A DNA stretch of 64,000 nucleotides from Coleofasciculus chthonoplastes F2-STO-03 (GTDB taxonomy: Bacteria > Cyanobacteriota > Cyanobacteriia > Cyanobacteriales > Coleofasciculaceae), in the NCBI GenBank assembly GCA_040222015.1, contig JAVJWO010000069.1:72746-136745 (forward strand), given 5' to 3'. Below are positions 9,598 to 22,671 of the stretch, piece after piece. The notes beneath the pieces are model-generated. The model had not been told where the DNA came from. It worked only from the letters and a program-made list of their open reading frames with translations, and searched no databases. Position 1 is the stretch's first letter; every line of letters starts with the position of its first letter. Both the position numbers and the translations under genes were made by a program.

Positions 9598-10842
9598 CTA
9601 CTGCTGCATTTGAGTTGGCAAAGCACCGGGTTGTACTGTCACCTCAACATTTTTGCGATCGCGGCGCAATTCTAGGGTTAAATCATCCCCGACTGGAGTC
9701 ATTTCTACTACCTTTTGGACATCTTCGGCTTCTTTGATTGACTCACCATTAATTTTATGAATCACATCCCCGGATCGCAATCCAGCTTTATCAGCCGGAG
9801 AATTCCGCATCACTCTGGCAATTAGCACCCCTTTGCTTTCATCAACGACAAGACCAGAATTGGGATTTTTGTTGATGTTTTCTTTCAACTCTGGGGTTAA
9901 CGTAACCATCTGAATTCCCAAAAATGGATGTTCGACTTTCCCGTTGGCGATTAATTGTTGAGCAATCCGTTGCGCTGTATTAATCGGAATAGAAAATCCT
10001 AACCCTTGAGCGCCTTGAATAATTGCTGTATTCATCCCAATCACTTCACCGGATGCATTTAGCAGGGGTCCACCTGAGTTACCAGGGTTAATTGCAGCAT
10101 CAGTTTGGATAAATTGGACGCGCTTATCGGGAACTCCTACTTCAGAACTCGAACGTCCTGTCGCACTGATGATACCTGTGGTGACGGTGTTATCTAATCC
10201 TAGCGGATTACCGATCGCGATCGCCCATTCCCCCGGTTTGAGTTGCTCCGAATCCCCTAAGGTGACAATGGGGAGATTATCGGCTTCAACTTTGATTACC
10301 GCCACATCGGTTATGGGGTCAGTTCCTAGCACTTTCCCGGCAAATGTGCGACCATCTTTGAGAACCACATCCACTTGATCCGCACCATCAACAACGTGAG
10401 CATTGGTGAGAATCATCCCATCGGTGTTAATAATAAACCCCGAACCCGTTCCCCGTTCTACTCGCTGCTGCGGTTGTTCCGGAATTTGAGATCCGAAGAA
10501 CTCGCGGAAAAACGGGTTATTAAATGCATCGGGAACTTGAGATGTCACAGTTTTGGAGGCGTTAATCCGCACGACAGCAGGTCCCACAGTATCCACAACC
10601 TTAGTAATAAAATTGCTGTTTTGGGGAGTGGACAGGTTAGCTGGAGGAATGATTCCTCCCAAAACCTGAGAGGATTGGGGAACAATGGAATTGGCTGAAA
10701 TTTGGGGATTACCGGAAATGAAAGCGTTGGCGCCAAACGTAACACCAGCTCCTAGCAACATCAGGGATAGATAGGTGACGGCTTTTTTTACCGGGGAAGC
10801 GTCACTGTCATGAGATTTGGATGTTTTCGTGTTGAATACCAT
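9598..10842 (-). CDS. HhoA/HhoB/HtrA (Deg) serine endopeptidase with PDZ domain
   Basis: LTNAHVV, TDVAVI, GNSGGPL triad; C-terminal PDZ. Confidence 0.95.
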   Translation of the reverse strand: MVFNTKTSKSHDSDASPVKKAVTYLSLMLLGAGVTFGANAFISGNPQISANSIVPQSSQVLGGIIPPANLSTPQNSNFITKVVDTVGPAVVRINASKTVTSQVPDAFNNPFFREFFGSQIPEQPQQRVERGTGSGFIINTDGMILTNAHVVDGADQVDVVLKDGRTFAGKVLGTDPITDVAVIKVEADNLPIVTLGDSEQLKPGEWAIAIGNPLGLDNTVTTGIISATGRSSSEVGVPDKRVQFIQTDAAINPGNSGGPLLNASGEVIGMNTAIIQGAQGLGFSIPINTAQRIAQQLIANGKVEHPFLGIQMVTLTPELKENINKNPNSGLVVDESKGVLIARVMRNSPADKAGLRSGDVIHKINGESIKEAEDVQKVVEMTPVGDDLTLELRRDRKNVEVTVQPGALPTQMQQ

Positions 10843-11291
10843 AATGATTCTGCTGTTGAAATAGGATTGATTTGGATGATATCAGTTACAGTTTGTCGGA
10901 GTTCGGCTAATTCGTTTCCAGGTCGAGAAAACCCGAATCATGATCAACTCTCTCCTACCCATGGCTAACACCCCAATTGACGCTGTGATAATTATTTGCG
11001 GATCAGGTATTAACCGGGTCTGGCGTCGGTCGGTGAATCCGTTGCTTGGGAAGGAATCACAATGACCTATCGCTGACATTTATCAATATAGATACTTGTT
11101 GTGACGTGGTTATGACAGTGTAGTTTCGCTGATGTGAAGATTTCTGGATTGGTGCTGTAGCCGTCTAGGTGTTTTAGAGGAAATCCTCCCATTGAGGTTG
11201 TGCTTACCGTAATTCTAGGATACTCCCTTTTGCATAAGGGAGATGTAATCAGAAATAGATGACAACAACTTCCCTGGCTATGGCGAGGATA

Positions 11292-11387
11292 AGCGGTTTG
11301 GTATTTAAACCTTAATATAATGCCTCCCATCCTCGTAGTGCGAGCATCTTGCTCGCTACTAATACCCTATCTCAATGTATGACCGCT
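11292..11387. mobile_element. MITE-A second copy, TA-flanked
   Basis: agcggtttggtatttaaa...atgtatgaccgct with the same gtagtgcgagcatcttgctcgctac core. Confidence 0.75.
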
Positions 11388-11412
11388 TACTGTACCGCTA
11401 CAGCGACTCGAT

Positions 11413-12417
11413 ATGAAACACTTCTGGTTCTCTCAACCAACATCCCGACAAATTGACATCAAGAATATCGCCTTTGGGTTAGGACTCGTGGGACTCATTC
11501 CTTGTCTTCTCTTATCCTTAGTCGCTTATCTGGGAGGATTTCACCGATATTTTGAATTACTCTCCCACTTCAAAGTCCAATACTTCATCATTAGTTGTAT
11601 TGTTTTCCTCTTATTGTCCTTCGCACGACTAAAAACCTGGTGGTTGATCAGTTTATTTTGTTTAACCCTTAATGCTGTAGAGGTTATTCCCTGGTATATT
11701 CCCCAAGTTTCGGATATGAATACGCCTTCAGGACAACCCTTACGAGTGTTGCTGGCAAATGTCTATAGTGATAACCAGCGTTATGCTGAGTTTATCTCCC
11801 TAGTCAAAGCCGAAAAGCCTCAACTTCTCGTTGTCCAGGAAATTAATCCAATTTGGTCACAGCAACTGGAAGCCCTTAAGCCTCTCCTTCCTTACCAGAT
11901 TGTTTATCCGAGATTTGATAACTTTGGCATTGCTGTCTACAGTGCGATTCCCCTGAGGAATACGGATATTAAATCGTTCACCGAGTATGATATACCCTCT
12001 ATTTTTACTGAGGTGCAGTGGCAAGGACAAACTGTTTCTATTATTGCCACTCATCCCTTACCGCCGATTGATGCGGAATATTTTAAGTCACGTAATCAGC
12101 AACTTCTAGAACTGGGAAACGAGATAAGTTCAACCAAAAATATTCATGCCGTCATCGGTGACTTGAATACAACAATGTGGTCTCCATATTACCGCAAATT
12201 TATCCGTCAGACTGGATTGAAAAATGCGCGAGCCGGTTTTGGTATTCTCCCCACTTGGCCCCAGGGTGCGCCAATGTTACAGATTCCTCTGGATCATTGT
12301 CTGATTAGTCCAGAAATCAATGTTTTAAAGATTCGCACTGCCGGAAATATTGGTTCAGATCATCGTCCCTTAATTGTCGATTTGGTGATATCGGACAGGA
12401 ACACTAACAGAATATAG
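11413..12417 (+). CDS. Membrane-anchored endonuclease/exonuclease/phosphatase (EEP) family protein
   Basis: N-terminal TMs; ANV, VQE, GDLN, LDH, GSDH motifs. Confidence 0.9.
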   Translation: MKHFWFSQPTSRQIDIKNIAFGLGLVGLIPCLLLSLVAYLGGFHRYFELLSHFKVQYFIISCIVFLLLSFARLKTWWLISLFCLTLNAVEVIPWYIPQVSDMNTPSGQPLRVLLANVYSDNQRYAEFISLVKAEKPQLLVVQEINPIWSQQLEALKPLLPYQIVYPRFDNFGIAVYSAIPLRNTDIKSFTEYDIPSIFTEVQWQGQTVSIIATHPLPPIDAEYFKSRNQQLLELGNEISSTKNIHAVIGDLNTTMWSPYYRKFIRQTGLKNARAGFGILPTWPQGAPMLQIPLDHCLISPEINVLKIRTAGNIGSDHRPLIVDLVISDRNTNRI

Positions 12418-13635
12418 GGCTAAGGTTCCCTTACTACAAGCCGACTTCAAAATCCCTCCCTCTAACTGATAAATCGCTGCCATAATGCCATTATCTGGAT
12501 TATTCAATAGGGACGCCTTAACTTCTTGTAAATAATCCCGAATCGCTTCCCGCAAAACAGGGCGCTCAACGTTTACGGTATGTTGATAATCCCAAACATC
12601 CCAGATAATAATTCCTACGCCAACAATCGGATCAAGAAACTGAGCGCCGAATTTACCAGCTACAGCTCCGCCTGTTTTTGCTGCCATTTTAGCGGAGGCT
12701 TTTCCGGCAAAGGATACTACTACTTTACTGCCAATCTTGGTGACAACGGGAATCATTGCTTTGGCAAATAAGTACGTACTCCCGCCAACTAAAACTTTTA
12801 ACGATAAATTAGACAGATTGCCTTCCGTATCTCGAATCGTTACCGCAATATCATCCAAATAGCGCTCCCATTCTCCTTGCGGAATCTGGTACTGAGTTTG
12901 AATGTTGGAAATGTTGTTTTCCAAGTCAGCAATATATAAATTTACCGTATCTCTGGTGATGTGTTCCAATTGAAGTTGGGCAATTTTAGGGCGGAGGACT
13001 CGTTTGGTGAATTCTGTTTGGAATTCCTCCGTCATTTTTTCGGCGACGGCTTGATTTGGAGTCGGTTTTGTGGTATCCATCCAGTGAGAGACGGCTGAAG
13101 ATACCCAGACAAATGGAGCGCTAAATTCCAGTTTCTTTTGATTAAAATAATCAAAATACCAATCCAGAAAATTGCCATCAACGCGACTCATGAGTTGATT
13201 AATCCACTCATCGAGTTGGTCTGAGGCGAACTGTTCTGCTGTATGATGAGCATGGGTAATTGCGGTTGCGATCGCGCGATCGACCTTCTCCTGATCCGGT
13301 ACAGTCCGTTCAATGGTGACAATCTCACGTTTCGGCTTCCCTGAACTCCCCGCATCGGTTGATAATGAACTGGCAATAAACCCACTTCCGATCAGCGGGA
13401 TAATCACAATTAGGATCACCGCCACCCAAATATAAGGTGTTACCGATTTAATCAACTGACTCCAGGCTTGTAGGCGAGTCGTCATTTCTGTGTAGGTTGG
13501 TTTTTCCGATGGATTGGTTGGGGACAAGGTTGGGGTATGAGTAGGGTTAGAGGGCGTTTGGGTTTTCTCAGCGCCAGGTGATAGGGGCGCAGAGGGATGA
13601 GTCGAGGTATAGTCCTGCGATCGCTCTTGGTTCAT
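12370..13635 (-). CDS. Hypothetical membrane-anchored helical protein
   Basis: 421-aa ORF, one N-proximal TM, Gly/Ala/Lys-rich hydrophobic segment near the C-terminus. Confidence 0.75.
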   Translation of the reverse strand: MNQERSQDYTSTHPSAPLSPGAEKTQTPSNPTHTPTLSPTNPSEKPTYTEMTTRLQAWSQLIKSVTPYIWVAVILIVIIPLIGSGFIASSLSTDAGSSGKPKREIVTIERTVPDQEKVDRAIATAITHAHHTAEQFASDQLDEWINQLMSRVDGNFLDWYFDYFNQKKLEFSAPFVWVSSAVSHWMDTTKPTPNQAVAEKMTEEFQTEFTKRVLRPKIAQLQLEHITRDTVNLYIADLENNISNIQTQYQIPQGEWERYLDDIAVTIRDTEGNLSNLSLKVLVGGSTYLFAKAMIPVVTKIGSKVVVSFAGKASAKMAAKTGGAVAGKFGAQFLDPIVGVGIIIWDVWDYQHTVNVERPVLREAIRDYLQEVKASLLNNPDNGIMAAIYQLEGGILKSACSKGTLALYSVSVPVRYHQIDN

Positions 13636-13680
13636 TGCTATTCTTTGTCCGTTAGATCAATAACTAAGGAATGACGGGGA

Positions 13681-13908
13681 ATGGCAGAGGATTTTTCAGT
13701 TGATCAGCTTTTGGATAAAATGATTGTCGGAGTGGGCGGTGTGGCAACTTTTGGTCGAGCGATCGCGGCGAATTTACTGAAAATGATACCAGGTGCTGGG
13801 ACAATTGTGGGCGGTGCAATTTCCGCTTCTACCGCCGCCGCGCTAACCTTGACGGAAAAGAGGTTTTATGTTAAAGAGAAAGTAGATAGTCTCAAGCTTC
13901 TGGTTTAG
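13681..13908 (+). pseudogene. Fragment of a YcjF/DUF697-type protein
   Basis: GRAIAANLLKMIPGAGTIVGGAISASTAAALT only; the rest of the domain is absent. Confidence 0.55.
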
Positions 13909-13920
13909 AAGTAATCAATT

Positions 13921-14538
13921 GTGACTGATGAACGACTTACTCAAGATCAGTTAACGCAACTCGTTGCTGAGGTGGATCAATTAGCCAGACGCCACGAGGC
14001 TGAAATTGACCACCAACAAGTTCAGCAGATTTTGCAGGAATTGAATTTACCACCAGAGTTGCTGGATGAAGCGCTAATCCAGCTACGCCGTCGTCAAGCG
14101 TTAGCCGTTCAACAAAGACGGAATCGCTGGATTGGGATAGGAGTAGGAGTGGCGATAGTGGGTGCGATCGCAGCTTCCACGGTATTCATTGTAAATCGCC
14201 AACGTGCGATCGCGACCGTGTCTGTCTCTCAAAGTTGCATGACATCAAATCCGCAGACGTGTGAACCGATATCGGATTTTAATCGCCAAGAGATAGTCTA
14301 CCGCGTTACCTTGCAAGATACACCTGTAGGACAAAAACTTTCCTTACAGTGTGATTGGATTAACCCCAATGGTCAAATTGTGCATCAGAATCGCTATCAA
14401 ACGAATAAAATTGACCGAGAGGTTTGGTCTACCTATTGTCGTCATACCTTGGGTTCTACTGCAACCCTGGGGGATTGGCAAGTGCAGATGAGATTAGGCG
14501 ATCGCGCACTCGACCAAAAATCATTTACAGTTAAATAA
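13921..14538 (+). CDS. Single-TM protein, DUF3859-like C-terminal domain
   Basis: L.CDWINP.G..VHQN, G.WQVQM. Confidence 0.65.
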   Translation: MTDERLTQDQLTQLVAEVDQLARRHEAEIDHQQVQQILQELNLPPELLDEALIQLRRRQALAVQQRRNRWIGIGVGVAIVGAIAASTVFIVNRQRAIATVSVSQSCMTSNPQTCEPISDFNRQEIVYRVTLQDTPVGQKLSLQCDWINPNGQIVHQNRYQTNKIDREVWSTYCRHTLGSTATLGDWQVQMRLGDRALDQKSFTVK

Positions 14539-14544
14539 TCGACA

Positions 14545-15387
14545 CTATTCGCTATTTTGCAAATCATCGGGATCAATGCCTAACTCTCCTATTCGTGCGG
14601 CTAATTCTTGAACCCGTCGTTTAGCCGTTTCAGCTTCCTGTTTCGCCATTTCTGTTTCTTGTCTGGCGGCTTCTGTTTCTTGTCTGGCGGCTTCCGTTTC
14701 TTGTCTCGCCACCTCTGTTTCTTCCGTGGGTAAAGGAATCCAAGTTCCCTCCAGTGTCATCCACCGTAGCCACAGTCGGTTAAACCCGCGAAAATTACCT
14801 TGCCATACGCCTAAACTTAATCCCAACTCCGGTATCGGTAAACAGCCTTGAGTCAAATCTACGGATTCGTAATGACCGCCAACCAGATGAAATGCTTGCC
14901 ATTCATTAGTATAGCGACTAAAAATTACATAGTAAGGAATCCGCAGAATCTCTTCATAAACTCGCCACTTTGTCGGCGGATGTCTTAATTCGCTTTCCCT
15001 TTGACCCAAATCTTCATCTTCCGTACCCGGAGACAATAACTCCACCACGATAAACGGATTCACCCGTTCTTGCCAACACACATAACTCAAACGCATATCA
15101 CGTTCCTGATAAAGCCTTGGTACACCGACAACTCCGAACCAATCAGGACGTTTATACCAGTTTGAATGAGTAGCGTCATAATAGAGATTCAAATCACAAG
15201 CACTGAACGCTCTATTGGGATACCAATTTGGCGGTAAAAACGTCAAATATAGTAATAATGGTTGCAAAAAATGGAACTCATCAGGCAAACCAGGTTCCTC
15301 CGGATTTTCGCTAGGTAAATCATACATCGTTGGCAGGGTTTGCCACGGGGGAAGTGGGGGGTCAGTTTGGCGGGGTAATTGAGTCAT
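14545..15387 (-). CDS. Uma2 family protein with C-terminal heptad repeats
   Basis: LPTMYDLPSE, RPDWF, VELLSP; QETEAAR repeats. Confidence 0.9.
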   Translation of the reverse strand: MTQLPRQTDPPLPPWQTLPTMYDLPSENPEEPGLPDEFHFLQPLLLYLTFLPPNWYPNRAFSACDLNLYYDATHSNWYKRPDWFGVVGVPRLYQERDMRLSYVCWQERVNPFIVVELLSPGTEDEDLGQRESELRHPPTKWRVYEEILRIPYYVIFSRYTNEWQAFHLVGGHYESVDLTQGCLPIPELGLSLGVWQGNFRGFNRLWLRWMTLEGTWIPLPTEETEVARQETEAARQETEAARQETEMAKQEAETAKRRVQELAARIGELGIDPDDLQNSE

Positions 15388-15630
15388 TTGATGATTAGAG
15401 TTATTTATAAAATCTCTTCCACTATCTTAACGGTTCTTAGTCATGGATGCGAGTCTATCATCGTGTTGGGTTGCCAATATCCGACAAAACAACAACTGGT
15501 TTAATTTTTCTAAATTAAGGGGAATTGCACGCTTTTTAAACCGGGTGGGCATTGCCCACCCTACGGTACATCCAGGATTTCAGCGCTCCCAAAATATTGA
15601 TTTTAGTGCCATTCAAATTAAGGTGTTTTC

Positions 15631-16242
15631 TCAAAGATCACTCAACGTTTGTTCACCTAACTTAAAGACAAAATGAAGCAAACCCAAAATTTCTTCAAGA
15701 TGAGCAATACCATAGAGTAACGTTTCATAAACACTGCCTTGAGATGTCAGTTTATAAAACCGCCAGCCATCGCCGTTCGTCACCATTCCCAAAACATCAA
15801 TATCCTTACCGATTCGGCGATTTTGCCATTGACAGGCTTGCATTTCGACCAAACATTGAGCCAATCCTTGTTCAAAGTTATCCTTTTTGGCTTCGACGAT
15901 ACATAAAAATGGCGTTTCTAAATAGCGTTTGCGTTCAGCAATTAAATAATCAACATTACCGCTTGTTGTCTCCCCTTCTAAACTAGCCCCTTTCCAAATT
16001 TTTAGCCGCCCCAGTCCTTCAAGTGCTTCCTCGCAAAGGGCATCAATAATAAGCTTCTTGGATTCTTCATAGCTTTCCAAGTCAAAACGTTGTAACCTCG
16101 CCCACCGTTGTTTAAAAAACTCGCTAGGTTGAATTTGCTGGAACTCAATCTGCCAAGGGATTAAGTCGATGAGGTCAAGTTGCTTAAATGCCTGAGTTTT
16201 GTTAAAACTAGAAAAATTTTTCTTCTTGATTTTTTTATCCAT
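15631..16242 (-). CDS. Restriction-endonuclease-fold hypothetical protein
   Basis: G.VDYL, VEAKK, GLAQCLVEM, TNG..W.F. Confidence 0.75.
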   Translation of the reverse strand: MDKKIKKKNFSSFNKTQAFKQLDLIDLIPWQIEFQQIQPSEFFKQRWARLQRFDLESYEESKKLIIDALCEEALEGLGRLKIWKGASLEGETTSGNVDYLIAERKRYLETPFLCIVEAKKDNFEQGLAQCLVEMQACQWQNRRIGKDIDVLGMVTNGDGWRFYKLTSQGSVYETLLYGIAHLEEILGLLHFVFKLGEQTLSDL

Positions 16243-16513
16243 CGGAGGGTTGCGAATTGAGTCAATAAATTTTATTTTATACTATAGGGTTTGTAGTTGC
16301 GCTGTCTTCGCCATAAAGCTCACGGGTAGACCAGTAACTTGAACAGTAGATTGGGTATAGATGTGACCATTGAATCGGGCGCACGTCACTACACCCCTAC
16401 AGTGTCTGGATGGAATGCTAATTCATCTTGCTTAGGTGTGACACACCACTACGATATATTAAAGTGCGTATTTCAGTGCTATTGAACTTAAATTAATTCA
16501 AGATTCAATTATT

Positions 16514-18298
16514 GTGAGTAATCCCTATCAATTTATCGGCTATTGGGGTATAGAGTCACCCGATAAACTTGAAGCGATGTTAACCAAATTAACCCAAGTT
16601 CTCGTCGTCGCGACAGGTTTAGAAACATCAACACGATTGAAACATCACCTCAACAAAGTCCAGGTCAAGGGTAGGTTAAATTGGCGTGTTGGTTATATTG
16701 GCAGTAATCCGACTAATTCCTTCACCAATAAAGACGGTATCATCGCCGCATTATCCGCCTCTGGTTTTCACGACTCAGCCGATGCTTGGGTTAAGGTGGA
16801 AAATAATCACCTAATTTTAGGACGCGAACCTTTTGGACGTGTCCCTGTCTATTGGACAAAACAGGGAAAGGTTATCTGGTTTGCGTCTAAGTTGCAGCTA
16901 TTATTACCCCTGCTTAAAACACCAGAGGTGAATAATCATGGATTGTATGGCTATAGCTGTTTTTCTTATGTTCCCACACCGTTAACGCCAGTATCTACTA
17001 TTTTTTCCGTAGCGGCTGGAACCCTAGAAACCTGGCAAATTACCTCTGAACACGACTTAACCCATAGCACTCACCGTTATTATCAATGGCAATCCGCATC
17101 GGAACTGATTCATGATGAAGATGAAGCCATATCTCAACTGCAAATCCTCTTAAAAAATGCCGTTCATCGACAACTGGAAAATTTGCCTAGTGAACCCGTT
17201 GGTGTTTTCCTGTCTGGCGGGTTAGATTCATCTACAATAGCGGCATTATTAGTGCAAGCGGGAGTCAATGTTAAGGCATATACCTTAGATTTTGGGTTAG
17301 CGGGTGTCTCAGAATTGCCCTATGCTGAACAGGTTGCTGACTATCTGAATATTCCCCTGGTTAAAGTTGATGCGACACCTCGTCGGATTAAGCAAGCGAT
17401 TCAAGCGACAGCGACGGCGTTAGATTTACCCTTTGGCGATGGGGTAACGGTTCCCTTATATCTGTTGTGTCAAGCCGCGAGTCAAGAGACAAGGGTTATT
17501 TTTAATGGGGAAGGCGGCGACCAACTTTTTGCGGGATGGACAAATAAACCGCTAATTGCGGCTGGTGTTTATAATCAAGAACATCCCAAAGGAAATACAG
17601 AGTTTACTCAACAGTATTTACGAACGTTTCACCGTCTCTGGGGATATGAAGAGCGAGTATTTCAGAATCAGATAAACCAGGTGTTATCGGTACAACCGGA
17701 ACAATGGTTGGCAGAGGCGTTAGATGCTAAGTTTACCACGACTCTTTTAGACCGATTGCGTCGGGCGACGTTAATGTTAAAAGGCGCACAAAACATCCAC
17801 CCACGGGCGACTAACTTAGCATTCTCCCATGGATTGTGGGTGCGATCGCCCTTTTGTGACATTCCGTTATCGGAGTGGACATTTCAGATACCGGGGGAGT
17901 TCTACCTGCGAGGTGCTTGTGAAAAATATATCCTCAAACGTGCGGTGGAATCTTGGTTACCGTCAGAGGTGGTGTGGCGGGAAAAACGGGGGATGGGAGT
18001 ACCGTTAACGGCGTGGTGTTTAAATGAGTTATGGTCTGAGGTAGGATATTGGTTAAATTCGGGTATTTTGGACGCCGAAGGACGATGGCAACCGCAATTA
18101 CCCCTGCAACTGATTAAAGGGGAATTTAGCGCCTATTTGCGAGGGCGACGAGTTGGCGAGATTCTCTGGTTACTGATGATGTGGCAAGTTTGGCGCAGGA
18201 GGGTGTTAAATGAGGCAGTATCTGGGTATTCTGGGTTACATCCGTTCTGGTTACCGTCTCGGTTTTGGCGATGGTATTGGAAATTACAGGATGAATAA
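16514..18298 (+). CDS. Asparagine synthetase (AsnB)-like ATP-dependent amide ligase lacking the N-terminal catalytic Cys
   Basis: LSGGLDSS PP-loop, NGEGGDQLFAG, R.PF, EKYILK, WREKRG; N-terminus is MSNPY, not MC. Confidence 0.85.
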   Translation: MSNPYQFIGYWGIESPDKLEAMLTKLTQVLVVATGLETSTRLKHHLNKVQVKGRLNWRVGYIGSNPTNSFTNKDGIIAALSASGFHDSADAWVKVENNHLILGREPFGRVPVYWTKQGKVIWFASKLQLLLPLLKTPEVNNHGLYGYSCFSYVPTPLTPVSTIFSVAAGTLETWQITSEHDLTHSTHRYYQWQSASELIHDEDEAISQLQILLKNAVHRQLENLPSEPVGVFLSGGLDSSTIAALLVQAGVNVKAYTLDFGLAGVSELPYAEQVADYLNIPLVKVDATPRRIKQAIQATATALDLPFGDGVTVPLYLLCQAASQETRVIFNGEGGDQLFAGWTNKPLIAAGVYNQEHPKGNTEFTQQYLRTFHRLWGYEERVFQNQINQVLSVQPEQWLAEALDAKFTTTLLDRLRRATLMLKGAQNIHPRATNLAFSHGLWVRSPFCDIPLSEWTFQIPGEFYLRGACEKYILKRAVESWLPSEVVWREKRGMGVPLTAWCLNELWSEVGYWLNSGILDAEGRWQPQLPLQLIKGEFSAYLRGRRVGEILWLLMMWQVWRRRVLNEAVSGYSGLHPFWLPSRFWRWYWKLQDE

Positions 18299-18423
18299 TG
18301 AATTTTTTACAGTTAGCTTGACCGAACAAAATTCTGTACGGTTTTCCCCCTTGTCTTCTTTCCTTCCTTGTCCTCCTTGTCTTGCCCACACCCTAAAATA
18401 AAAAACCTACACCTATAAGCTCT

Positions 18424-18560
18424 GTAGGGGCGGGTTTCACTACTATCCTTTCGGTTGCACCCCTAAGTAAATAAACCCGCCCCGACTGTTCCCTAGCAGG
18501 GCGGGTTTCGTTAGGTTATCGGTTGTGTCTACAATGTTATCGGTAAAACCCGCCCCTACA
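18424..18560. repeat. Two adjacent REP-like palindromes
   Basis: gggcgggttt...aaacccgccc twice. Confidence 0.8.
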
Positions 18561-18630
18561 CCTGGGCGTGTAGATGCGCCATGGTACGTCTGAATATTGC
18601 TTTCACTAATGATTACCTGTTCCCTGAAAA

Positions 18631-20754
<2,124 letters not shown>

Positions 20755-21093
20755 AAAACCTAACCCCCCAGCCCCCTTCCCACCCCTCTCGTTCTCCCCT
20801 ACAAGAGGGGAGAGGACAGAGGATGCTTCGCTTTTTTTGCACGGAAGGGGGAGCCGGAAGTCAGTCGATTTTATGTAGGATGAGCAAGATTTATAAACCT
20901 TTTTCATAGATTAAAATTGTAGGGGCGCACTGACGTGCGTCCACCACCGATGTGCGCCCAGAAAACCCATAACATCTATTCTATTTGAACGGTGTCACAT
21001 CGCCATCCTGGGTTAAGCTTTAGCCATGGTGCGTTACGCTGCGCTAACGCACCCTACAAACGCCTTTCAAATATCACCAATGACCCATGACTC

Positions 21094-22269
21094 ATGACAA
21101 ATGACCAAGAATTACTGAATATCTACGGTTCACCTCTCTATGTTTATCAGGGCGATCGCATCCGGGATACAATTCGTTATATCTCTTACGCTGTCCCCTA
21201 TCCGCGCACTCGGTTCCAGTTTGCGAGTGTGACGAATGGTAATATCGCGTTGCTGCAAATCTTCCAGCAAGAGGGGTGGGGACTTCACGCCAATACTCCC
21301 GGAGATATCTATTTAGGCTTAACGGCGGGATTTGCCCCAGATAACATTGTTTACAGTGGTAGTAATTTGAATTATCCAGAAATGGAGCAAGTTCTCCACT
21401 GGGGAATTACCACCTTAAATTTAGATAGCATCTCCCAATTAGAATTATGCTGTCAAGTCTATCACTCCTTAACCCCCAAATTACCCCGATTAAACTTAGG
21501 ATTACGCTTAAATGTACCCGAATTAACCGGAGATAGCCGCATTGGAGTTCAACCCGAAGACTTCCCCGATGCGCTGAAAATTACCCAATCGACGGGATTA
21601 CACCTCAAGGGTATCCATTTCTATCGCGGAACGGGGACAAATGCCACCAAAGCCTTTACCCAAGTGATTGATTCCTTATGCGAGATTGGTCAACAATTAC
21701 CGGATTGGAACTATTTAGACTTTGGCGGTGGATTTGGCTATCCCTATCAGGGAAATGGCGTCGCCTTTGATTGGCAAGGATTTGGTCAGGCGATAACTGA
21801 GAAACTAGAGACAATCGGCAGACCTATAGACTTAATTATAGAACCCGGGCGTGCCGCGATCGCAGGATGTGCCTCCTTGTTAGCAAAAGTGGTTTCTGTC
21901 AAGTGGCAAAACGGCAAACAAATTGTCGGTGTTGATACCACCGTGGCGAATTTATCGGTTCCTTCGGTACATGGTGGCTATCGAAAAATTGTCAGTCTTA
22001 CAGATACCCAGCGTGAACAGTATCCCACCGATGTCTGTGGAAATACAACCTATTCACGGGATTACTTGGGGCGCAATTGTCAACTCCCGGCGTTAAAGAA
22101 TGGAGATGTTATCGCGATTCTCGATAGCGGTGCTTACGGATACGCCATGTCGTCCCATTTCTTACACCGTCCGCGTCCGGCTGAAGTGTTAGTCGAACAG
22201 GGGACTCATCGATTAATCAGAAAACGGGAAGATTATAGTATTTTATTAAATAATCAGGTATTTGCTTAA
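21094..22269 (+). CDS. LysA/ornithine decarboxylase-fold (fold type III) protein with substituted catalytic residues
   Basis: GSPLYVY, DFGGGF, IEPGR, GAYG, RPAEV present; FASVTN replaces (F/Y)AxKAN. Confidence 0.85.
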   Translation: MTNDQELLNIYGSPLYVYQGDRIRDTIRYISYAVPYPRTRFQFASVTNGNIALLQIFQQEGWGLHANTPGDIYLGLTAGFAPDNIVYSGSNLNYPEMEQVLHWGITTLNLDSISQLELCCQVYHSLTPKLPRLNLGLRLNVPELTGDSRIGVQPEDFPDALKITQSTGLHLKGIHFYRGTGTNATKAFTQVIDSLCEIGQQLPDWNYLDFGGGFGYPYQGNGVAFDWQGFGQAITEKLETIGRPIDLIIEPGRAAIAGCASLLAKVVSVKWQNGKQIVGVDTTVANLSVPSVHGGYRKIVSLTDTQREQYPTDVCGNTTYSRDYLGRNCQLPALKNGDVIAILDSGAYGYAMSSHFLHRPRPAEVLVEQGTHRLIRKREDYSILLNNQVFA

Positions 22270-22671
22270 TTTCCCAGGTTCGTAGGGGCGCACGTCAGTG
22301 CGCCCTGCACCTGACCTTTACCTGAGTTTACCTGAACTGCAGCTAACCTTTACCTGACCTGCGCCCAGAAAATCAGTTATGATACCAAATCTGTTAGGGT
22401 GACAATTATATTTTTTCAACGCAGAGGACGCAGAGGATGGCGCAGAGGTACGCAGAGTAATTGGGAGTATTTGAGTGAACGTTTTAGCGAATTATAGAAA
22501 TAATATCTAAGACTATGAAATCTATTGGGCGCTCAAAATAAGTGGTTTTAAGTTTAATTATGTGAACTTGGAAATCAATGCGTAATTAATCTAATCTTAA
22601 ACTCGCGATGGTTATCTAGGTTAGGCAAAATGAAGGATGTTAATCAAGAATCCTATGGAGAAAAGTGAATT

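Noticed and set aside
16243..18630. Lasso peptide cluster around the AsnB-like gene
   Set aside because: No precursor with a recognisable leader, no B1/RRE and no B2 protease in the window
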